Positions 18,147 to 40,923 of a DNA stretch of 64,000 nt are shown here, in pieces. The number at the start of each line of letters is the position of its first letter. The stretch's first letter is position 1. The notes under the pieces were generated by a model. That model was not told the DNA's origin. It searched no databases and was given only the letters and a program-made list of their open reading frames with translations. A program made the position numbers and the translations under genes. The stretch is from the human T2T-CHM13v2.0 reference genome, Homo sapiens. The stretch lies in NCBI RefSeq assembly GCF_009914755.1, contig NC_060930.1; one strand, written 5' to 3'.

Positions 18147-19985
18147 TCAACAGGTTAAAAACAGATTCTTAGAAGTGTAAATATTTAATTCCCATAAATG
18201 TGTATATTTGGGCCTAGGCTAATTTATTTTGATATATAGAATTACATTATTTCTTGCAAAATATAAGGCAGCCTAAGAAAATATTTATTTGCTTTTTCTA
18301 TGTGAAATTACTTGTTGGTCTTTATTTGGTAAAAAAGAAAAAATAAAAATGATAGTTTTTCACCCATTAAGTGTGAAAGACAAAGGAAAAGAAAAGTTGA
18401 AATTAGAATTAAAATTAGACTAAAAAATCATTTTTCAAGCTGTAGAGGGAAAACATCTCAGTAAACATCTCCCAAAGATTAGAAAAATATCCAACTGTGC
18501 AGTTAGTTACTTAGCTTAAATAACTTTTATACCACTGATTCATCACTTGAATTGTCCTTTTAAGTTAGAAGAAACACTGCTTTAATTAACATATCCTATA
18601 CTGAGATGAGTTCTCAGTGTAAGTTGAAAATGACACTGTTCCATATACAAAGGGGGCCAAGTATTTTCATGCAGTGTAGTATAAATAGAAACAGAACAGA
18701 TAAACCAAAATAATTTCCATAACATGTTTGGGTTATTTCACTATGTTTTGTGAGAATAATCAGATGAATTACTTTACTTTGTAAACAGAAAGAAATAGAT
18801 ATTATATCTTAATCCTAAGTATACATATATACATGTGTATACATTGCTTTCACTGTTCAGCAGATTTAAAACATAGTACAGAAAGATTCCTTGCTTTGCA
18901 CAAGAGCCCTTCGGAATCACTGCAAGAAAATGACAGAAACCCTGATTGTGTTTTGACTCTTCGGTATGCTTTTTAGTTAATTTATTGGCACTTGTCTCTT
19001 TGGCAGAGCCTGCTGAATTGCTTTCTAAATGGAGTACTTGAAGCATATAGATAGACTGCCTGCTTTCCTTAATTGACACTCCTGCACTTCATCAACTGGT
19101 CGCTACGCTGTCTCTTCTGTTTCTCCCTTCTAGGTTCTGTTCCAGATTTCTGGCATGCCTCTCACAACAAGCATATATACCTGTAGTTATGCAGGAATAT
19201 TGCTGGGTGAGGAAAGAGAAATATTCAAATGTCAGAGAAAAAACATCTGGAACATTTTCAAGGCCTAGAAAGTTTCATGTGGAAAGAGCGTGAAGCCATG
19301 CCAAGGTAAAGCACTGTGGGGTATTCTGACAAAGCCACCCATCTAGAAACTGATATACTCCCATTTTCATGCCCCATCTCAGTCCAGTCTTGGTGTAGAC
19401 AGAGCGAGAGGATGTGCATGGCCTTATGAAACACTTCTGGTTCCTCCTTCCCATCTGTCCTTAAAAAATTCACATATGTACACCAAGGCCATAGTTGCAA
19501 GTGCATAAAATCACTCATGAGGCTTATCAATAAGCGTAAAATTTCCGTGCTTGGAGCCCAAGAACTACATTTGCAGAGAACAAACCTACACATCTTTGAA
19601 GAAGGGAAAAAGAATTCAGAGGCAGTGAAGATTTATACATTGAGCCTACAGATCTCCTGAGAGATACATTTGCATTATAATTTGGCCTCCTAATGTTGAC
19701 TTAAGCTCATTTAAACTGTTCCTGAGCATTGTGATTAATACAAATATGCTGTTGGCTGAAACTGTGAGATATTACAATCGACTTTATACAAACTTTCCCA
19801 GAAACTGATGGGTAAGGGAGTAGATGTGGAAGCTGACTTCAAGGAGTCCATGATTTTTTTAACTGCCTCTGCATTCCAAATTCTCATTAAAACTGACAGT
19901 TTCTTCATCTTTTGGCCTTAGCAAAAGTTTAGTGTGAAGAAGATATTTATTTATTCTGATATATTTTTTCTGCATAAATATGTAA

Positions 19986-20457
<472 letters not shown>

Positions 20458-20459
20458 CT

Positions 20460-23800
<3,341 letters not shown>

Positions 23801-23882
23801 TATAGTATATAGACTTTTGCTTCTGCTATGGAAAGTTAATTGTAATGGAGTAGCCCTCCCTCTGTAAACAATTATTAATATA

Positions 23883-24165
23883 GGCCGGGCGCGGTGGCTC
23901 ATGCCTGTAATCCCAGCACTTTGGGAGGCCAAGGTGGGCAGATCACGAGGTCAGGAGATCGAGACCATCCTGGCTAACACAGTGAAACCCCGTCTCTACT
24001 AAAAATACAAAAAATTAGCCGGGTGTGGTGGCGGGCACCTGTAGTCCCAGCTACTAGGGAGGCTGAGGCAGGAGAATGGCATGATCCCAGGAGGCGGAGC
24101 TTGCAGTGAGCCGAGATCGCACCACCTGGGCGACAGAGCAAGACTCCGTCTCAAAAAAAAAAAAA
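23883..24165 (+). mobile_element. AluY with a short 3' deletion
   Basis: Y diagnostics; accac|ctgggcg lacks tgcactccagc. Confidence 0.93.
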
Positions 24166-24169
24166 TAAT

Positions 24170-25795
<1,626 letters not shown>

Positions 25796-26806
25796 AATGG
25801 CCAAAGAGAACATCCCATTTATCCAGTATATTGATGACATCATGCTAATTGGACCAACTGAGGAAGAAGTGGAGACCTTGGTATTACACATGGACTTCAG
25901 AAGGTAGGACATAAAACCTATGAATATTCAGGGTCCACCCACATCAGTAAAATTTTTAAGTATCCCCTCCAAAGTAAGGATGAATTATTGCATCTCCCAC
26001 CTCCTACAACTAAGAAGAAACCATAATGCCTGGTGGGCCTCTTTGGGTCATAGAGGCAGATATTCTATGCCTAGGAATATTTCTCCCACCCATTTAACAG
26101 GTAAGATGAAAGCAACAAGCTTTCAGTGGGGTTGAAAGCAGGAAAGGACACAACATCAAGTCCAGGCTGTGATGCAAACAGTCTTATCACTTGGGCCATA
26201 CACCCTGACAGCCCCTGTGTTATTACATTAGAGCTATCAGTGGTGGGAAAAGATACTATGTGGGGTTTATGGGAAGTCCTCCTAAGAGGACTTAGAGGAT
26301 TACAACATACTGTAACCCTAGGGTTCCAGAGCACACTGATGCCAGTTGCAGCAGATATTAACACACCTTTCATAAAAAGGCCCTTGGCACACTCTTGGGT
26401 TCTGGTAGAGACAGAGGGCCTGGCCATGGGACACTAAATGACCAGGCAACCGTAATTCCACATCATGAGCTGGACTCTGTCAGAGCTACCAAGTTCTAAA
26501 GGTGAACAAGCCCAACAATTCATCACAAAGTGGAAGTGTTCCACCCAGAAGTGCACAAGCAGAACCAGAGGGCACAAGCAAGCTGTCCACACAGCTGCTG
26601 CAGACTCTATGTCCCCCTCCACCATGGAACGAGCACTTCTCCTTCAGCACACGGTGTCCAGTGGCTTAATCCTTTAGAACCAGCTGCCAGAAAAGGAAGA
26701 AGCCCCAGCCTGGTTCATAGTAGGCCAGCCTATTACATGGGGAAGCAAAAAATAGATGATATCTCCACTACAACCCCATTCGGAGGCAGCCTTGAAAGAC
26801 AGCAGT

Positions 26807-27453
<647 letters not shown>

Positions 27454-27457
27454 TCAC

Positions 27458-27845
27458 CGTATTAGTATGTTCTCACACTGCTATAAACAACGACCTGAGA
27501 CTGGGTAGTTTACAAAGAAAAGAGGTTTAATTGACTCACAGTTCCACAGACTGTACAGGAGGCATGACTGGGGAGGCCTCAGGAAACTTAACAATCATGG
27601 CAGAAAGTGAAGGAGAAGCAAGAACATTTTTACATGGCTGGCAGGAGAGAAAGAGAGAGAGGAGGAGGAGGTGCTACACACTTTCAGATAACCAGATCTC
27701 ATGAGAACTCTACGACAAGAACAGCAAGGGGGAAGTCCATACCCATGATTCAGTCACCTCCCACCAGGGAATTTAATCACCTCCAAAATTGGGAATTACA
27801 ATTTGACATGAGATTTGGGTGGAGACACAGAGCCAAACCATATCA
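27458..27845. mobile_element. MST-type MaLR solo LTR
   Basis: cgtattagt...ccaaaccatatca termini; 5-bp TSD gtcac. Confidence 0.9.
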
Positions 27846-28469
27846 GTCACCATGGTAGCAGGGGTGGAGGCTACACACAGGCCTTACAGCTCTGACCAAG
27901 GCTGATATGATGACTAACCTGCCGGCAGCAAAGGCCACTGCTGGTTCCACAATCAATCCCCACTCCTCGATGGGACCAACCAGTCCCTTGGTAGCAAGTT
28001 GTCTACCTTCTATATTGGCCTCCTTTTACTCAGGAAGGAGCAGAGACTTTGACAAGTATAAATATCTTTTGGGGAGAGAGTTGGCCTTTTCTGCCCATAG
28101 GGAGCAGTATTGGCACCAGCACAGAACCTCGTATAACATTGCAATAAGCCAGGGGATCCACTTTATAATAAAGGGAGTATGAGATTGAACACGTGACCAT
28201 AGAATCTACTGGTCATGTCATATACCTCACTACACAGAAGCTACTGGCCCGAGGACAGAATCATCTGTTGAACGCACAGCCCCCTTGCTGTTATTGTGGT
28301 AGAGCTCTCACAAGATCTGGTTGTTTGAAAATATGTAGCTTCTCCCCCTTCTCTCTCTCTCTCTCTCCTGGTGCTCTCAGAGGTGATGCCTGGCAAAACT
28401 GAGTCATCATCCTACAGAACACGGTGTATGCTTTCAGTCAATGACCCTTATGCCGTGATTTATAGCTCC

Positions 28470-29220
28470 ACGTTTTTTTCTGATACCAAATGTGTGATGT
28501 CTTTTCCAAGACCAACAAGCAATTCTCCAACTCTGACACCAACTAGGTGTCCAATAATTTAATTAAATTCTGACACTAACTACCCACAGTTAGTGCAGAC
28601 CCCACAGATTAAGGGCTCAGAGTCACAAGACTGGCCCTACTTCGGACACCAGCCTCAAGCAGGAGCCCCAGGCACCCCACACTGCTGCCCAGTTGACAAC
28701 AAATTCAGAGGTTCCCCTTAGATTCAATAATTCACAAGAATGACTCATAGAACTCAGGAAAGTGTTTTATTTATGATTACTAGATTATTATAAAGGATAT
28801 AACTCCGAGGCCAGCAAATGAAACACTTGTATATGAATAGGGCAAAGCATGGAGGGGCTGGGGTGGGGTTGCCGTCTCCATGTGTGCCACCCTGCCAGCA
28901 CAATAATGTGTTCACCAACCCTGAAGCTCCCTGAACCTGTCACTTAGGGGTTTTTATGGAGGTTTCATTATGTAAGCATAATTGATTAAATCATTGGCCA
29001 CTGGTGATTGAACTCAATCTCCAGTCCTTCTCCCCTCCCAGGTTGGAAGGTGGGGCTGAAAGTTCTAACCCTCCCACACTGTGGTTGGTTTTTCAGGTAA
29101 CCAGCCCCATCCTGAAGCTATCTCATTAGCACACAAAAGACAGTAAATTCCAAGAGTTTTAGGAGCACCTTGCCACAAACTAAGGACAAAGACCAAATAT
29201 TTATTATTTAGTATACCACA
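28470..29220. mobile_element. MER21-like LTR
   Basis: tctgataccaaatgtgtg, aattctgacactaactacc, attgattaaatcattggcca, gacaaagaccaaatat motifs. Confidence 0.75.
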
Positions 29221-29706
29221 GCTCTCAATAGGTGGAAGGAATACGTCTAAGAACCAATGAATGAAATTAAGAGTGCCCCTTCTTCCATCACCCCCCCAGT
29301 GACTCTGGCCAGTCTGTGCCTTCTGCACCTGCAATTCTGGGCTCAGTAAGTTTAGAGGTCCTAGTCCCCAAAAGATAATTATTTTGCCAGAAGACACAGC
29401 AAGAGTCAAATGGAACTGTAAGGTACAACTGCCACCTGGGCACTTCAAGCTCCTTATGTCCAGGGACCAGCAGGCAAGAGTCACCATCCTGACAGAGGTA
29501 ATTACCCCAGTCATCAGAAGAACCTTGGGGTGCTTTATACTGTGAGGCAGGAATAGATTTGACACTCCCATGATCCACATGGATGCTTCTTGGTATTCCC
29601 TCGTCTTATTTTGACAATGAAAGCAGAAGTGCAGCAGCTCCATCATGAGAAGGGCATGGCAAGCAGGGGTCCATACCTCTCAGGATTGAGGGTCTAGGTT
29701 ACATCC

Positions 29707-30141
29707 TGTGATGGTTAATTTTCTGTATCAACTTGGCTTAGGCCATGGTGCTCATTTGTTTGGTCAAACACCATTCTAGATGTTGCTGTGAAGGCATTTT
29801 GTAGATGTGATTCACATTTACAATCAGTCGACTTTCAGTAAAGGAGCTTATTCTCAATAATAGAGGTGGACCTCATCTAATCATTTGAAGGCCTTGACAG
29901 CAAATCTGAGATTTCCCAGAAAAGAAGGAATTCTGCCTCAATATTACAATGGAAAAAATCCTGCCTGAGTTTCCTGCTTGCTGGCCTCCCCTGTAGATTT
30001 CAGACTTGCCAGCTCCCAATTCCATGAGTCAATTCCTTAAAATAAATCAGTCTCCTCCCCGACCCTTCTCTCTGAAGAGGGAAAGAGAGAGAAAGAGATC
30101 TCCTATTGGTTCTGTTTCTCTGAAGAATCTTGACTGATACA
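29707..30141 (+). mobile_element. MLT2-type ERVL LTR
   Basis: tgtgatggttaatttt...tcctattggttctgtttctctg...gactgataca. Confidence 0.88.
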
Positions 30142-30393
30142 TACACATGACTAAGCAAATCACTGAGACCAGGAGGTATGCTAGCTAAGGATGACAGGAA
30201 TTTAGAACGGATCGTGAAGATGAGTATCAGTTGCAGGCCCAAAACCACCTGGAGCAGTAGAGGTTACAGTTTATTCCACTATCCTTCTAAGTTCCCTCAA
30301 GAAAAGGAGCACAAGAGCCCTGGAAGGGTTGCTCCCATAACTTATATGAAGAAGTAAATCCAAGAGGCACAAAGAGTAGTGTGTGATGGAAAC

Positions 30394-30715
30394 TGTGATG
30401 CATTGCCCAGATTCCCCTTCAGGAATGGACTTTTTTTCCCAGGTGCTGGAAGAGCTACCAGCAGGAAGCCTTCTGCTGTCAGCCTCACATGGAGAATAAA
30501 CTGGCTGAAGAGAGCTGCATTGTCCAAGGTCATGCCTCCTTCATGTGTTGGCCCACTTCAATGACTGATGAATGAGAGCAGGAAAAAGGCACAGCTCTCT
30601 CCACTCCCAAGGGTCATCCCAGCTTCAAAACTCCCCATAGTAACTGGCTGAAGACTCTATTGAGACTGCATTGCAGATAGAGTTTTCCCTGTGCTTAATC
30701 TTATTTCCTTCAATT
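30394..30715 (+). mobile_element. LTR16-like LTR, probable 3' LTR of the decayed provirus
   Basis: tgtgatgcattgcccagattccccttcagga...ccaaggtcatgcc directly after the internal region. Confidence 0.6.
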
Positions 30716-30860
30716 GCTGAGAAAGAGATGTTAACATCTCCCAACTATGATTGTGAGTTGAGCAAAAAAAGACAAACAAAATAGAGTAACTACTCTATTA
30801 TTTCATTTATATGGAAGTCAAGAACAGGTAAAAACTAACCTATGATGATGGAAGTCAGAA

Positions 30861-30863
<3 letters not shown>

Positions 30864-30896
<33 letters not shown>
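30864..30896. repeat. (TG)n microsatellite in an L1M 3' fragment
   Basis: Direct inspection. Confidence 0.95.
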
Positions 30897-30898
<2 letters not shown>

Positions 30899-31941
30899 GG
30901 AAAGTGGTTATTGATTGGGAAGGGGCACAGAAGAATCTTCTGGTTGATGGAATGGTCTGCAACTTGATCTGGTAGTGGTTACATGGTGAACATCTATGTA
31001 AAAACACCAAGCTACATATTTAAATTTGTGCAACTGAATATATCTAAGTTACATCTACATTTAACAAATCGTGCTTTAAAAGGTAAGCCAAGCTCATCTG
31101 AATCCCTGTTGAGTCCTTTGCCAGATGCATCACCTTTTGGAAGCCATTTATCTCTAGGCTTCAGTTTTCTCAATTCCAAAATGAGGGATTGGACTGGATA
31201 TTTGAGTTACATGCCATGCGTCTATCAAAACAGCTCTTTAAAGTATTTTTGCAAATTGAAGAAAAAAAACAAAGGGCAGCTCGCAAAAGAAAAACAAATG
31301 GTTTCAGAGACATGTTAAAAAAAACAAAAAGAGAGCATTTTACATCTATATTTTATATACATACATATAAATATATTTAAAAATTAAATGCAAATATTTA
31401 GTGTAGCTTTTTATTGTTTCCAAAGCTTTTCCTCTACCATTTCCTCTTCCCCAAAAAACTCAGAATCTCACAACCACAGGGTTTGGTGGGGTTCATCTCA
31501 CCCTCAGTTCCAGGGATGGGTCATCATGGGTCGACCAGTGTCATTTCAACCCCTGTGCCCATGGAATTTATCCCATGATGACAAAACAGAATAGAACCCA
31601 GTCCCAAGCCAATCAGCTATCACATTCCCTTGGCCTCTTAGATTGGCTCAAGAATGAGCTAGCAACATAAATTGATACAATCCAAAGGAACATCAGACTT
31701 TTGTCTAATAATTGAACGAAAAGAACATCTGACCACCATCCCCACCACCCTCATGGAAGCTCGTGGTCCTGGGAGCTTCTGGGAGCCTCTTGCTACCTTG
31801 AGGGAGTTGGCTTAGGAGCAAAATCAACAATGAGAAGCCAGAGCATCCCAGCAAACAGAGCCACGGTCTTAACAACATGACCCTTGCACTCAAACCACAC
31901 CTAAAGCCTGCCCTTCCTCTGGACTTTGCAATTACAACAGA

Positions 31942-32735
<794 letters not shown>

Positions 32736-33042
32736 CAATTATTTTATCTTATACAGAGGTGTCAGTGAGGATTCTGGAAAACTGACATCAACATGCAGCT
32801 GGTAGAAATAAAACCTGATGCTATCTTTTGTAGGACAATTTGGCAACATGCATCAAAAGATCTAAATATGGGCATATCCTTCAACCTACTGCATAAACTT
32901 GTAAAATTTATTCATTCGTTCAACAAATATTTAAGCCCTGACTATGTGCCAAGCACCATTCTAGGAATCAGGGGTTTAGCAGTGAACAAAACAAAGTCCC
33001 TTATGGAACCTGCCTTAGGAAACAATCAAGGCTGTGTAAAAA

Positions 33043-33652
33043 TTATAGAGAAGTTAAGAAGAAATTATTTAGGCAGATAGTAAGTGTATGGGAGAACGCA
33101 GTAAGGCTTTTATTTTTAATGAAAAGCAGCCCCAAATCATTTTCTAACAAAGAGCAGCCCGTAAAGTCAAGTTGTAGACATAAACAAGCAAGCTGGGAGC
33201 TTGCACAGGTGAATGCCAGCGGGAACTAGGGACTAGACATGTTCAAGATGGCGGCTCCATCTTCCCTTCTCTTTGTCAGCCACGTGTACAGTAAGGAGCA
33301 GACAAGATGGCTCCGATCAACTAGAAAGCCCATTTGCATAATAAGATTAGTGTGGGAGACCAGGCTTATTACCTATGCAGTATGTAAAAGTCATACCTGA
33401 TGGAACCAATCTATGAGCCCTGTGTAAATCAGACACCACCTCCTCAAACTGGACTATAAAATCTGGCACATTCACCACCAGCTGGTCTTTTCTGCTTGGA
33501 GACCCCTTTCTTTATAGAGAGAGCTGTTTCTCCTTCTCTTCTCTTCTCTTCTGCCTATTGAACCTCCACCTTGTGTGTGTCCATGTCTTAAATTTTCCTG
33601 GCCCATGACAATGAACCCCAGGGTATATACCCCAGACAACACAGTCGCTTCA
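33043..33652 (+). mobile_element. ERV1 solo LTR, MER61-like
   Basis: Starts ttatagagaagttaagaagaaattatttaggcagatag, ends gtcgcttca; 4-bp TSD AAAA; CCAAT 33406, TATAAAA 33455; family name from recalled consensus. Confidence 0.75.
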
Positions 33653-33654
33653 AA

Positions 33655-36323
<2,669 letters not shown>

Positions 36324-39300
36324 GCAAAGGTATTAATTTCAGAGCCCTTTATAACTGCGAAAACTTGGAAAAATATAAATATCCAACAAAAAGAGACTGC
36401 ATAAATAAACTTGGGGACAATGACATGTTAAAATGCTATTCAAATTGTAGAAACAATTTAAAACAAGGAAAAATATTCACTATATATACTAGTAGTTTTT
36501 TTAAAAAGCTGATAAAAGCTGTACTTTCCTTTTGTAACACTTACGTGTGTATATTTATGTATAAGAAAAGCCTGGAATTAGATACTCTAAAATGTCAACA
36601 GTTATTTTAAGGAGTAGAAAGAATTGTGGGTAATTTTTATTTTCTTCTTTGTATATCTTTATGTTTTCATAATTTTCTATCATGAATATGCCTTTCCTTT
36701 GTTATCAGAGAAAATATCAATCTTACAAAATGATCTCAAATGGCTTAAATTAAAAAGTTAATAAGCAACACTCAAGTATTAACATTAAGCCATCTTTGAA
36801 GTCAGAGGTCACCCTCTATAGACATCTTTAAATAAAGGGTCACGCTAGTATCCTCCATTCTAGGATAAGATCATGAGTATTTTTCTAACCACATTTGTCC
36901 TTTTTAATGAAATAAACCAAACAAGGTCTTGGGGCTGGTTAATAACTGCCTGGACTAGACTCTAGGTCTCCTGTCTTGAGATCCAGGACTATTTCCATCA
37001 CCCGGTGCCCTCTGCCCAGCCCACAAGCAACAGCATTAGAATGTATTTGTCATCCAGAGAGAGGTCATTCAATACATTTGGAGAGTATCATCAGTTCCCT
37101 AAAAATAACTTGGCAGCTCAGAAGCTCACTGTTTAAAGACTTAAAACCAAAGGACACCCTGAGTTTAAAATGTGAACAAGCACACGGTGGGTTTAAAATG
37201 TTTGCATTCTCTTTCTTGCCTTTCGGGTTTACATAATAGAAATTAAAGTGTGCATACACTTAAAGCTACTTCTACACAGGCAGGGTGAAATTACTGGCAC
37301 GGTGACACTGGCAATGAACATTTTTGTCCCTCGACACTTTGATTTTTGCCCTTGCCTGTCCCTCAAATAATCCTGCTCTGCTTTCTGTTTTTTGGATTTT
37401 CAGTGTAAAAGAGACATTATGACTTTAATGACTGAATAACAGGCACAAATTTGCATTTCACTTTATTTACCAGCTTAGCTGTGGTTTAATGCAACATGAA
37501 TAGAATTCCCCCAGAGGTGAGTCTGAGCTGAACTGACTAGGTTTTTGACTGCCAATTCTTCTGCACACTAAAATAGCAGCATAACCTATCACACACATTT
37601 GTTATCTGTTACTGAGAGAGAATTAGCAACCCACCCAAAGAAACAGAAATACGGCTGATGACGGGACTTCTCAAAAGGCCAGAAAACCTGTTGGTTTTAC
37701 ATCAAAATGCTCACACAGATACTCAAAAGAAGATAAAATATTTCCAAACCACCAAAACAAAAGACTTCACTGAAGCCATATTTTTGTTTAAAAAAAAAAA
37801 ACAAAAAAGTGCCCAGCCTCAAAAAAAAAAAAAAAAGTGCCCACTTTATAGGTCGTCAATTCTAATCAAGAATGCATTTCTTCCCATCAAGCTTGAAGGC
37901 AGGCATCTTTAAAACATCAATTTTTTTTCAGTAAATATTTCTTTAGTGCCAAGTATATGTAGAACCCTCTGAAGGGTTTTAATAACCAGCAGGAGATCCA
38001 GTGACACCTAAGAGTGTCACCCTGCTCTCAGGTGGCTTATTGTCCAAAGCAATATTATCTCTGGGGTACAAAGCCCAAAAGAGTGCTTCTCAATCTTCAT
38101 GAAATATTTCTCTCTTTTTTCAAAATTATTCTAAAAGGCTGTGAGCCTGAAGTTGATTTCCATGATTAATTTAAGAGGCAAGGGGAGAAGAGAAGACAGT
38201 TATACATGAATGTGAAACTTGTGAGTTTGGTTCTGGCCTTTATAGTCAGATAAAGATTTTGAACAAAGTGGACAATAATTTACTGTAAGTAATAAAATAA
38301 TATTGATCTTGCCATGGAGTAGGAACCAAAACTTCAGGCCCATCCATATGTACTAATTTGGAGATGACAACCTTGTGGAACCTATTTATAACTTTTACAG
38401 TATTTTATGGTTCTTTCTTTCCAAAGAAGCACACATTATATTGCACAAGGCCTGTGAATATACAAGTATTCTCTGCCAAAAGCAGCTGACAAAGCAAAAG
38501 GATTATCCAAGCATTGTTTTTCAAACCTGAATTTGTAATGGGTAATTGTACAGAAATATTCGGTACTTAACCTTGAAACCTTGAATTCAGAAAAACTTTA
38601 TGGCCCCAAGGCTACATGATTTGATGGCTCAGATTCGTAAATTCACCAAGAATGAGGATCTGGCCATTTTAACTGTGTCCACCTTGGTGCAAATGTAAAA
38701 CAAAACCCACAGGGGCAGCAATGATGCCTACCACAGTGCTTGCCTGGGCGAAGGGAAGGGGGTCTTGATGAAAGTTTGTTGAGATGAACTGGGTATGAAT
38801 TCTGGCTTCCGTTTAAATACGTTTGGAAAATAAGGAATCTCCATCCCTCTTAACCTTTGTTCTCAGTGACTCACGTAATACCAGTGTATTAGTAATGTTT
38901 TAATTATCCCTGGAATTCAAAATTAGGGACCGTCCAGGCAAAGTTTCAGGCAAAGTGATCAAGTATTTACTGTTCCCTTGAAAGAATAAAAACACTGCAG
39001 TCAGGGGTTGCACGGGATGGGAGGGACAATGACAAGGAGGCGTCTTATTTCCAGAAGCTGAGTTCTAGGACACAAGTATTCCAACCCGGGATCAGAATTT
39101 CCTTGTAGATCTCACCACTTTACCTAGTGAACATCCTAGCTGCTGGCTACACTCCCAGACACCCTCCTTCCCTGATATTATCACAGTCCTCTCCAGGGTG
39201 GGCTCCCAATCCAGGTAGGAAGAAAGGCGAGACAGCCAAAGGCGCCCTTCTAAGGCTTCTCTCTAAGCAGCTTCCCTTCACAAAAGGGTTTTGCCTGAGC

Positions 39301-40923
39301 CTCATCTACGTACAGTAATTCTTAAATGACACAAGATGGATGTTGAATATTAAAAAACACGCCTCTTCTCTTTCCCCGCCTGCTTTGTTTTTCTAACTTT
39401 TAAAAATTATCTTTCATCATACCAGCACAGAGAGTCGTTTTTGAACCTGTCCTTTAACTTAAGTAATGAAGAGAGGGTGTTTACAATTTCACTTTCTGGC
39501 TCTCATCTGTCTGTAAAATTCTTTATTATTTTTTTAATCGGGTGAAAAAAATGTTTTTAACTTTAATAGATTTCTGATTTCTCTATATCTCCCACTGGGG
39601 GTTCAAACTTAAAGAAACCAGTGACGTCAAAAAGTCAACCTCATGAGGAAGTCAGCAAGATGAAAAACGGAATTTAATGTTTTGCACAAGAATATTTGCA
39701 TTCCCATTAGCCTTTGCAAATGCAACATTTCTCACCCTCTTGGGTTGACTGCAAAGGTGTCCTGGAGAGAAACAGAGTATGCACCTCTCTAACGGTTAAC
39801 ATACTGAATTGTTTTAATGGAATAAATGGTGCGGCTCAGGGGCGATTAATGTAGGGACTGTAGACTCCCGTAGAAAGGACTTAAAAGGCAATTGTGCACC
39901 AACAATGGTGGATGAAACCTTCTGCTCACATCAAATATTTTCATCCAAACCTCAAGTATGACTGATTGATTTTAAGGCCTAATTGAATGAATTCTCAATT
40001 AAAAGAAGTTGCAAAAAGCTGATGTAAAGTAATAAATATATATGGGGTGCCCTATGTTCTACAAATGCTTTCAGGTCTGCTGGTAGAAACCACTGGTTAT
40101 GCAATAAGTTGATTTCAAAAATTATACCTTTTACATTTACATCCAGATAAAAACAGATGAGGTCAAGCCACTAAACATTCTTGTAATTCAAAGAGAAAGA
40201 AATAGATTAATTCTTTGTTTAGGGAAAAAAAAAAAAAGAACGACTTATGCTAAGACATCTGTACCAATCTTCCTGAATAACTAAGTTAGGGAGGAAAGAC
40301 AAATTTGGTGACTGTGGGGGCTAAAATACTAACTTATGGTCCTCTGAAATAGAAGGCGGTGCCTGATGGACATAGGTATCTCCGGTTACTTGGTTTGGCT
40401 GGGCGGTAGCAATTAAAGCTAATGGTTTTCCCAACTACACCCAAGCGCTAGATCTTTCTTTTCCTTCTGGCTCTACCTCTCTGATACTTCCCCGCACTGG
40501 CTTTTTGGGGCCAAAGAAAGTTGGGGCCCTCCTTCTCACTCTTCAGACCCCAGGGTGTCCAGCTTGGGTTTCGTTCGGCCGAGCTCCTTGACCCCCCGCG
40601 CCCGGGAGGGGATTGGCCTCTCAGCGAATCGCCCCAGGCCTCTGGGGACCCCAGTTCGCCAGTCCAGGTCGCCGGCCCTGTCACCGAGGCCTAACCCAAA
40701 AAGCTCGCGTCGTCCCCTCTGGAAAGCAACGCAGCTTCCTCCTTGGGCACAGTCCCCGCACCCTGGGTCCCGGCTGGTGCTGCGCCGGGTCCCTAAGACT
40801 TTGACTGGTTAGAGCAGGCGACGCCGAGAGCCAGGCCGCCTACAGGCGTCTCCAGCCCTACCCCATCGCCGGCTACAGAGCGGGAGCCCCGAGCCCCAGC
40901 GCCGCGCCGCGCGGGGAGAGAAG

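Noticed and set aside
29065-29646. 193-aa minus-strand ORF
   Set aside because: Antisense to decayed ERV internal sequence and runs into a MER21-like LTR
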